A stretch of DNA of 64,000 bases, from assembly GCA_946965045.2 (NCBI GenBank), contig OX337232.1:496001-560000 (forward strand), written 5' to 3'. The stretch comes from Epithemia pelagica (Eukaryota > Protista > Bacillariophyta). A program made the translations under genes and the position numbers. Shown here piece after piece: positions 55,400 to 64,000 of the stretch. Position 1 is the first letter of the stretch; every line of letters begins with the position of its first letter. The notes beneath the pieces were generated by a model. The model was not told the DNA's origin. It did not search any database and saw only the letters and a list, made by a program, of their open reading frames with translations.

Positions 55400-56820
55400 A
55401 CCAACAATCCCCGTGCCTGTCCTTGTTTCAGTTTTGGACTTCATTGTATCACCGCGTCTGGCAACCACGACCACATCTGTTGGGCGATTCCTAGATGACA
55501 AGGATGTGTTACATCACGAGAACGACGAAGAGAAAGCTCATACTTGTTTGGACGATTCGCTGTCGACAACGAGCGATTCCAGTCCTCCACTGAGTCACAC
55601 GCATCCCTATCATTATCAGACGACGACGATGACAATGAGTTGGACACGAGTTGCCACAACGACGACTAGGACGAAGCGACGGACAGTGGTGCTGCGATGA
55701 AGAAACCAGTAGCTCCGGTTGTAGCAGATAATACACCATCACCAGTATTGTCCACGGATGCTGCTACACCCCACCAAACCGGACTCGAAACGACGACGTA
55801 CTCCGCGGCGTGGTCTGCACTGTTGACGCACTTGCTCCACGCATCTCGACAATATCGACACCAAGTGGAAGAATTGCAACACCAAGTCAAACAATAGTAG
55901 CAACAACATCCACGACGTCAACAATACACGTGGAACGAGGAGGACCGTACCATTGAATTTGTTGCCACGCACTGGCATGTCTCGTCGTTCGAACAAGGCC
56001 TGCAGAACCACGAGATGCACATGGAAACGAAATTGCAAACGGTCGTCCAAGACTTGCATGGTCAAATGGCTGACTTGCAAGTCTTTTTGTACCAACACCA
56101 AGAATTGCAAGTGCAACAATTGCAAGAACGAGGCCGCTTGGAAACGGCCATGATGCGACAAATCATGGACGAAGGCATTCAAGACTATGAAACTCACTTG
56201 CAACACGTGTCCAAACAACTGGCCGAGTTGCAACAGCAGCAGCAGCAACAAGTGTCGTTGCTGCGGCAGCAGGATTCCACGACGGTGCCCACGACGGTCC
56301 ATACCTCATCGTCGTCCTTGCCGTCCTTGTCGCTGGCGCAAACACGGACCGACGACGACAGTCTCTTAGCGCTCACGAGCAGTCCTATACACCAAACCTC
56401 CCTCCACAAACACCACCAGTAGTACTCCATGGGCGGAGTGGATGTCCCGGACCGAAACCAGTCCCACCACAACGACGACGATGACGACGACCCTCTCGTT
56501 GCCCCCACCCGAACTCTTGTCTTCACCGCTGCCCACGAAACGAGTGTCCGTGCCCCACCCTGGTTGGTTGGTCGACTGCACCTACAGACGACTTGCTGCT
56601 CCTCCACAATCGACCCCCCTTGGATGAACGAGCCGAGCGTCTCAATCGATTGCGGGATATGACGCGGCCAAAGTGTCGAATCCTTTGTGCGCGCCCCCCA
56701 AGTCCAACACATTTGGCCACGCAATTGAGGCGATTCATCGTCGTCGTCTGTAGTGGAACGCATGGTCAGTCATCCGTCCTTGCCCACTCTCTTGTTACAA
56801 CCGCACGAGCAGCCGTGACA
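55400..56820 (+). pseudogene. Coiled-coil family pseudogene 6
   Basis: Fragmented frames, closest to pseudogene 3. Confidence 0.85.
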
Positions 56821-58156
56821 CAACACAAAAAGAGATGCCTGCCTTGATGGTGGATCGAATGCCAACACTGTGTTGTTGTTGTTGTTTGGTACCACACCGA
56901 TTGACACTTGTAAACAATAAGAGGATTCGAACGATTCCTGGAACTTGACATGACAGAGAGAGAAGAAGAAGAAGAACCACCAAATGCGATCTTGGGTCAT
57001 GTGTCCATTCCCCGAAATGCACTCTCCAATCTTGCAGGCAATAGAAGAGTTTGCCTTTTCCATTTCTGGATCATCCATTTCCTTGGACTCATCTTCTGAG
57101 CAAAAGTCGTAACCAATCCCAAGACAGACAGACAGAGCGAGAGAGAGAGAAATGATACACTGATGTTACATGGTCATTGACAGAAGATTGCCACTCTGAA
57201 GCTGCATCTACGAGTATAATCCTCTCCATGTCGGAAAATAAGCTGGAGGTACCCTAGCTAGCTAGCTAGCTAGTCTACGTTGCTGACTTCGCGAGTCTGA
57301 CGCCCTGAAGGGCTGGCGCGTCATATGCACCTCCGGCGTGCAGGACTGCCGGCAGGAATCTTGAAATCGCCGAATGGCCAGTCGTGCAACTCTTGTTCAA
57401 AGACACGGAAAAGCCAGGTGGCTTGTGTGGATGCCGGCACTCTCACAACATCTTCTCCGTGGGCGCACAGATCCATCGCGTATCGCGTCGTCGCGTCGTT
57501 CTTGACACTTCTTTCCTCTCGTGCGGTGTCATCAATATCGATCGGCCTTCTTTATTGATTGTGGGATTCCTCTCTGATCTCCGCCTTTGGAACGATCATA
57601 TTCGTTGTTGCATTCAGATCTCTTCTTGATACTTTTTGCAAGCCGCAACGCCAACAAAATCTTTTGATTCGAGGCACGTGAGATTCGGAAACCACCACAA
57701 ACGCGAAGGCATCTCGTTTTTGGGGGTTGAGAAATCGGATCCGGACCCTTTGGGTTGTTGCGTGACCGTTGAAATAGAAAGTCTTTGTCTTCTCTAGACA
57801 ACACAGTTGGGGCTGCAAGGCATATCCAACACACGAACTCTCATAGTTTGGAAGAAGGGGTGGTGGGCATACCCCCATTCACCTTGTCGGCCACAACGAC
57901 GACAACCACGACCACAACGACGACCAGCCAACACATCACGAGTTGTGGTGATGGCGATCATCATCACCCTCATCCTCCTCACCACAAGAAGGACGACAAC
58001 TCCAATCCTCTCCAACCACCATCAAGAAGTGAAAAGGACCCTGGAGGATCCTCCACCACCACCACGCTCGTCGAGTCGTTGGATGCCACACGGGAAGAAC
58101 CAATACGGACCCACCCAACTACCACCCACGGTGCATGGAACGACACTAACCATAGT

Positions 58157-60825
58157 ATGGACCCAGTGATGGGGAACGAGTCCACCACCAGCACTACTGG
58201 GGACAAGACCCCAACCACACTGCCGCTTCCCGTGCTGCCCCATCACCACCCACCACCACGACGAGGACGACAACGATCAGGCCGTCCGTATCATGCTCGA
58301 CGACGTCGCATGTCCCAGTTGCAAGGCAATTTAATGCGACAACAAACGCATCGAGATCCCTTCCAGTACGTTTTTTGGTTTGGGTTGGTTAGGACTTTTT
58401 TCTACTACTGTATCCTTTCTCACGGATTGTTTGTGACTCTCTCTGGTGGTTGCTGTTGTGGATTCTTGTTGTGATGGTTGTCATGGTGGTTCGTTGGCAC
58501 ACTTGTTACAGAATTTATGAAATTTTGGAGGTTTTGGGACAAGGGAGTTTGGGTCACGTGTGTCGGGTCCGCAAACGAATGGAGGCTGTCGGTGGATCGG
58601 CCAATCCTCAATTTGTCGTGCAACACAAGGGCTGTTGTTTTCCCTTTATCGCCCAGTGGATGCGATGGTGGACGCATCATCGACCCTCCGTCTTTACCAC
58701 GAGTAGTAGTGACACGGCTACAGACGAGGACGACCAAGACGACTATGACACGGACGACGGCGACGAACATCCAGCCGGTTCCGGACGGTCGACTCTTGAC
58801 GCGGCATCGGCCTCTTCGGAAGAAGCTCCAGTTGTGGTTGCCGCCGCCGCGGTCGAATCCGTCACGACCGGCCCCAGTTCCTCCTCCACCACAACCAGCA
58901 GTTCCAGTAGTAGCAGTAGTCGTAGTACAACCAGTACCAACGCCAAACGAACCTTGTTGTCATCGGCGTCATCATCGACCGTGTCGGGTCCCTACAACAT
59001 TCATATTGTCTGTCCCAAACCCATGGCCTTGCAACAACAACAACAACAACGACCAGCACCCTGTTCTCCCGCCGGTGTGGCTCGCCAAAGCCAATACGGA
59101 CTAAAACACAACACGTCTTCGCTCAGTTCCTTTAATCCTCACAGTATTCGCAGCAGCAATGGTACCACCACGGCCCCCATGGCCCAATATGCACTCAAGT
59201 CCATTCATTTGAATCGGTGTTGCAATCCTGCCTTTGTGGAGGAACTCAAGAACGAGGTGGAAATTCTCAAGGAATTGGATCATCCCAATATTGTCCGAGC
59301 GATTGAAACCTTTGATTACCAACATCGCTTGTACATTGTCCTGGAACTCTGTCGTGGAGGCGGCGATTTGTATTCCCGGGATCCCTACCCCGAAGCGGTG
59401 GCGCAATCCATTGTCCACAGTTTGTGCAGTGCCGTCGCCTACCTCCATCGACGAGGCATTGTGCATCGGGATTTGAAATATGAAAATGTCATGTTTGTCA
59501 ATTGGCATTCCAACGATATCAAATTGATTGATTTTGGATTGAGTCAAAAATTTGTCCCCCTGCCACCCTCGCCGCGACGACGACAACGACACTCAAAGAA
59601 ACAAACTGCAGAGGAGGAACAAGAGGCACCGGAACCACAATACATGCACGATCCAGTCGGAACCTTGTATACCATGGCACCGGAATTGTTGTCGGGCGAC
59701 TATACACATCAAGTCGATGTCTGGAGCCTCGGTGTGATTGCCTTTATGCTACTCTCCAGTAGTTTGCCCTTTTATGGACGAACCCGCGTCAAAACCATTC
59801 AACGCATTCTCAAGGGCAAGTACCGATTCTTGCCGCACGCGCGGTGGAAGACCGTGTCCCGTGCAGCTCGTGACTTTGTCCAAGCCTGTCTCTGCTTGGA
59901 TCCCGAGGAACGACCGACCGCGCGACAAGCCCAGAAACTTGACTGGTTGGTGCAGTCGTCCCGGAATTCCCATGCTTTTAGTGCTACTGGACCACCGACT
60001 TTATCACGGACGAACAAGGACTGTGACAACAATGGCATGGTGCTCAGTCCGGCAGACAATGAACCACACTCCTGGCACAACCAACTATCCGATGGTTCGG
60101 ACTCGGGAGAAGACGGACAAGTCCAGCAACAAGAACTCCTTTTGCTACCCAAATTGACGGATCAAGAGGTGGAACAAATGAATCGTATTCAAGCTTCCAT
60201 TTTGGCCTTTGCCGGATATTCGCGACTCAAAAAGTTGGCCTTGTTGATTGTGGCGTACAAGAGTACCAGTGACGAATTGGGATTTTTGAATCACATGTTT
60301 GAACGATTTGATTTGGAGCATGATGGGGAGATCTCTCGTTCCGAATTTGTACGGGTCATGACCGCGTCCTTTCCCAACACGAGCTTGACACTGGACGACA
60401 TTCAAACCATGTTTCATGGCATTGACGTGGATGGAACCGGAACGGTGCATTATTCGGAATTTTTGGCCGCCACCTTGGAAGCCGTCACGGTCACCAACGA
60501 CGAGGAGGATGGCAGTGTCTACTGTGGTTTGTTGGATGAAGCACGATTGGCAGAGGCCTTTGATCGCATGGATTGTGATGATAGTGGGTACATTACCCTC
60601 TCTAACTTGTCGCAATTGTTGGGACCCAATGTACCAGACCATTATGTGCAAGGTGTGTTGGATGAAGTGACCCAGCAAGTCGATGGCACTATGACGACGA
60701 CGGCAACCAAGGACCAACCCCTCAATCCCGTGTCTGTTCGGCCCGGAGATTCGTACATTTCGTACCAACAATTTCGGGACTTGTTATGGTCCACCGACCA
60801 GCATTCTTGTCTGGCGAAGGAATAG
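58157..60825 (+). CDS. Calcium-dependent protein kinase B copy 2, intact; 2 exons (intron 58366-58511)
   Basis: RDPFQ|[48 protein letters not shown] loops DLEHDGEISRSE, DVDGTGTVHYSE, DCDDSGYITLSN, plus a degenerate fourth. The start codon is uncertain. Confidence 0.9.
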
Positions 60826-61232
60826 AGGATGACGTCTGTCACACGTACTACTGGGCAAATGATACAGCTTTTGGTGAGTAAGAACGATGGTGCACGAATT
60901 TCCATCTCGCTCCACAATGAGCAATGACACATTGTACCAGCCATCTTTGACCACGTACACCACAAGCAAGAGTGTGAGAAGACTCTCTCCTTTGCTCTAG
61001 TGTCGCTGGTACAACGTTGGGCTAGTGGCGTAGCTACGATAGAGTCGAGGCAGAAGAGGAATAGTTGCAACTCGCTTTGTATTTGCGGTCGTCGACATGG
61101 AAAGCACGTGATAGTGTTCAAGATTTTGAGTCCCTACTTTAGATCATTCGTACTCTTTACTGGTGTATCTGAACGAGATTGACGCCAAGCCTGGCCCACA
61201 TCACCCTCCATCTATCTACAAAGGTGGCTCTA

Positions 61233-61790
61233 CTAGATACGAATACCAATAAACTGCTTCAAGCGGTGACGGCGATCCTCCTCTGAGCCAACAGCCGGCA
61301 TTCCATAGAACACCAGAATGGCGTTCAACTCCGGTCCATTCATCATGTTCAAGTCCAAAAGTGTGGCAGGAAAGGTACGACACACATTTCCTTCAGCGTC
61401 ACGCAAGGGAGCAAGCAAATCGCTTCTGGATCTCCCACCACGGCGTTTGTTTGGCGGGCCTCGATATTCAAAAGACAGACCTCGATTTTCCCAAGCTGTG
61501 CCTCGATATTCTCAAGACGAGCATCGTTGTTGACGAGGTGTGCCTGCATAGGAGCCAATTCTGCAGCCAAAGCGGGGCCAAACCAATCAGACACTCCTCC
61601 CCCCGCAACAACGTCAGCAACAGCAGCCGAGACTTCTTGATCAAGGTATTCCGGCACGGTGATGAGGCCCATTTCCAACAACCTTTGGGCGAGTTTTTTC
61701 CGGATGACGCGGACAGATTGTCAGCCGCAGGAAGGTCGGCAAGTGTGTCCAGCGCTCGCTGAGCACTTGCGTTTGCATCTCCGGCGCCAT
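61233..61790 (-). pseudogene. Mug135-like (MUG2_C/DUF1773-type) protein, frameshifted
   Basis: WFGPALAAELAP...LLNIEARQTN, then FPATLLDLNMMNGPELNAILVFYGM...RRHRLKQFIGI. The pieces lie in different frames (10-nt deletion after the ATG plus two 1-nt shifts). Confidence 0.65.
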
Positions 61791-62055
61791 GGTGACGACA
61801 AATGACATCCAAAAGAAAAGCTTCTCTTCAAAATCCCAACCGGTTCTTTTGCAACAGAGGCCGCGCGCGTGGGCGCGGGCAAGAGTCGACGCCATCTTGG
61901 TCGTGGCGCGTATTGTTTGTCCACGGATTTGCGATCCGCCCCACTAACTATGGATAGTTACACAGATGAAAATAGTACTACGTAGATTAATGTACTGAGC
62001 CTACTTAGCCGAACATGGATCTCTGTTTTTTGGTGAGTGTTGTATCACAAAAATT

Positions 62056-62230
62056 TGACATACCTCAATGTATTCGAGGTCAGAGGACGACGTATTGGTT
62101 TCGTTTGCAGAGCTCATGATGTTGGATGCTGTTCGGAATGTTCGGAATTTTGAACAGCATTCAACACCATGAGCTCTCCAAACGAAACCAACCCGTCGCC
62201 TTCTGCTCTGGAATACGTTGAGGTATGTCA
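62056..62230. repeat. 79-bp inverted repeat (68/79 identical) with a 17-bp spacer: inverted copy of exon 1 of the tail-anchored gene
   Basis: The reverse complement of 62056-62134 aligns without gaps to 62152-62230, including the ATG and the GTATGT donor. Confidence 0.92.
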
Positions 62231-62731
62231 TTTCTGATCATTGATTGAAGAAAACTGACAAATGGTTATATCCCGCATCATGCTCTTCTGGATGAAACGG
62301 GTGGAAGGTGGGAACGGATTCAGTGCAATATATTCTTGCTGTCGAACCTGGCGGGAATTGGGAAGAGGGAACCACTGCTGAGAACAGTTGACAATCGCAC
62401 GGAATGGAGCTGCACCTGTCTCTCCAATATCTTTTCCAATTTCTCTCACCCGGCTTTTGTCTTGCTGCAATCGACACAGAAGCAAATGATGCAATGCATC
62501 AAGGAATCCAAACAGGCGTCATGGCCGTTTGGCCCCATTGCCAAGGGTTCCAGCACACTTGCTTGTGCCCATTTTGCAGTAGCGAAGGCTCATCATCACA
62601 TCGGAAATGCTCATGACAAAATTTCGAATTCCATGGTATCGTCCTCCTGGATTGCCGGCGGCGCGCTCGTGTTGTCCTCTTTAATTGCGGGGGGCGCCAT
62701 TGTGGCATCCAGATTCATTGGTCGTAGCTAA
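62169..62731 (+). CDS. Small tail-anchored membrane protein copy 2, 2 exons (62169-62222, 62480-62731)
   Basis: Same intron position and phase as copy 1; C-terminal TM WIAGGALVLSSLIAGGAIVASRFI. Confidence 0.6.
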
Positions 62732-63359
62732 GTTCTAATGACAGAGGGGAACGAACTGGAATCCCGGTGGAATCTCCGGTTCCCATCTGCCACTAGTACT
62801 TAGCGGCGACCAAATAAACTGGATGCCATGCATCCCTTTGGCTGCTGCTGCTGGAGTCGCCACACGTTCCAGTCCCATCCGTTATTCGTGCAGCATAGAC
62901 GACGATGATGACGACGACGGCAAAAAGAATCTTGCCGCCACCATTTTGACGACGACGACAGTCGACGATCCATAAACCGAGAGTAGCACCTGCGGTCGTT
63001 GCTGCGCCGGCGGCTGTGTCGCTCCTTTCTCCTTCTCTACTCCTTGGTGGTAAGGCATGTCATGGAGAAAGGAAACTGCCCAATGGTTCTATCTTGTGAT
63101 TCCGTCCATTCTTTTTGTCGAACCTGGCGGGACTGGAAACGAACCCTTGTCATATTGTAGAAACGGGGTGGAAGGGTGCCAACATTCCGTTCATTTGCTA
63201 TGAGGCGCAGCTACCCGACCCGATATAGTTGAGACGGGAAAGGAATAGTTCCAACTCGCTTCGTCCGTCGACATGAAAAGCAGTTCTAGTTTTCAAGATT
63301 TTGACTATTGATCATTCTTACTCTACTGGTGTATCCGTGAAATCTTTACGAGATTGACG

Positions 63360-64000
63360 CTAAGCCTTGAATGTGTGAGATCGACCACCTTTCACACCTT
63401 CCATAATGAAAACATCATCCATGAACTGGTTGTCCAAGTCACTTTCATTGTCACTCTGCTCAGACTCCATGGTTGTGGCTCGTTCCTCAGGAAGGGGTGC
63501 CATTGGAGGCACTGGCAGTTTGACCTTGTGGGTAGATATCATTTCAGGACGACCGACACTAGACAACAGTGCACTTCGGTACGAAACCATTGGCTTTCCA
63601 GAGACAAGTGTAAAGGAAGAGTCAGTCGAAACGACATCCCAACAGTCGGATGAAGAAGAGCCATGATCACCATTGACAAGTTCTGGAGCATCCTCCACGA
63701 CGACAAAGTCAGCGCCGGACGTCACGTCAATGGACACTTCCTCCTCGTTCTTGTCCAAAAGGTCAAAAGAAACACAAGAATTTGCAGTCCGGAGACTTTG
63801 TTCAGTGGCGAGCTCAATCATATCATCCTCACTAATCTGTTGATCTGGAACAACTGACAAACTCAACGCAAGCGCCATGGCCACATCTTCGTCTTCTGGA
63901 TTGGAATACAGCGCCTTTTTGCAGGGCGACTCATTGCCGTCCGTCTTTGGGAGTTGAACGGAATCCTCCCAATTTGGATCGTCATATTCAGAATAGTCTT
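63360..64000 (-). CDS. UIM/AIM protein copy 2, C-terminal part; 5' end lies outside the window
   Basis: Open to the window edge with both UIMs and the AIM-like motifs. TGG to TAG removes the last 14 residues. Confidence 0.6.
   Translation of the reverse strand, partial: DYSEYDDPNWEDSVQLPKTDGNESPCKKALYSNPEDEDVAMALALSLSVVPDQQISEDDMIELATEQSLRTANSCVSFDLLDKNEEEVSIDVTSGADFVVVEDAPELVNGDHGSSSSDCWDVVSTDSSFTLVSGKPMVSYRSALLSSVGRPEMISTHKVKLPVPPMAPLPEERATTMESEQSDNESDLDNQFMDDVFIMEGVKGGRSHTFKA

Noticed and set aside
19801-64000. Repeat-spacer periodicity as a CRISPR-like or cassette-switching system
   Set aside because: Units are kb-scale gene duplications with homologous spacers; no short constant repeats, recombinase or cas genes.
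1-64000. tRNA, rRNA or snoRNA genes
   Set aside because: No cloverleaf, box motifs or rRNA signatures were recognised by eye; tRNAscan-SE or Infernal would be needed to exclude them.

Overview
Eukaryotic nuclear DNA, most likely a pennate diatom. Support for that is inference from GT-AG introns of about 150-340 nt, a CoDi-like Ty1/copia element, an ASAFAP-type plastid presequence and diatom-type CDPKs. No rRNA, tRNA or CRISPR was seen. The left 19 kb holds the 3' end of a GH2 beta-galactosidase, a 1494-aa TPLATE/beta-adaptin-like gene flanked by inverted copies of an orphan family, a ~2.95-kb tandem duplication (orphan gene plus bacterial-type SDR) and a 4-exon CDPK. The right 44 kb is a nested tandem array. 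A ~3-4 kb unit (coiled-coil gene or its pseudogene, spacer, small putatively plastid-targeted membrane protein) alternates with a longer block present twice about 27 kb apart (CDPK, Mug135-like relic, tail-anchored protein, UIM/AIM protein). Two recent insertions have clear target-site duplications: a 1279-bp PIF/Harbinger-type non-autonomous element (TTA) and a 7150-bp copia (GCAAA) that splits one array gene. The strongest leads are: (1) copia gag and pol in one frame separated by a UGA that opens a long GC-rich hairpin, with a predicted transmembrane segment before the protease; (2) a probable TSET subunit TPLATE homolog; (3) an amplified plastid-protein family with 1, 2 or 3 copies of an 11-aa coiled-coil repeat; (4) a tandem-UIM plus multi-AIM candidate autophagy adaptor. 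All homology calls are by eye, and some single frameshifts or stops could be assembly errors.
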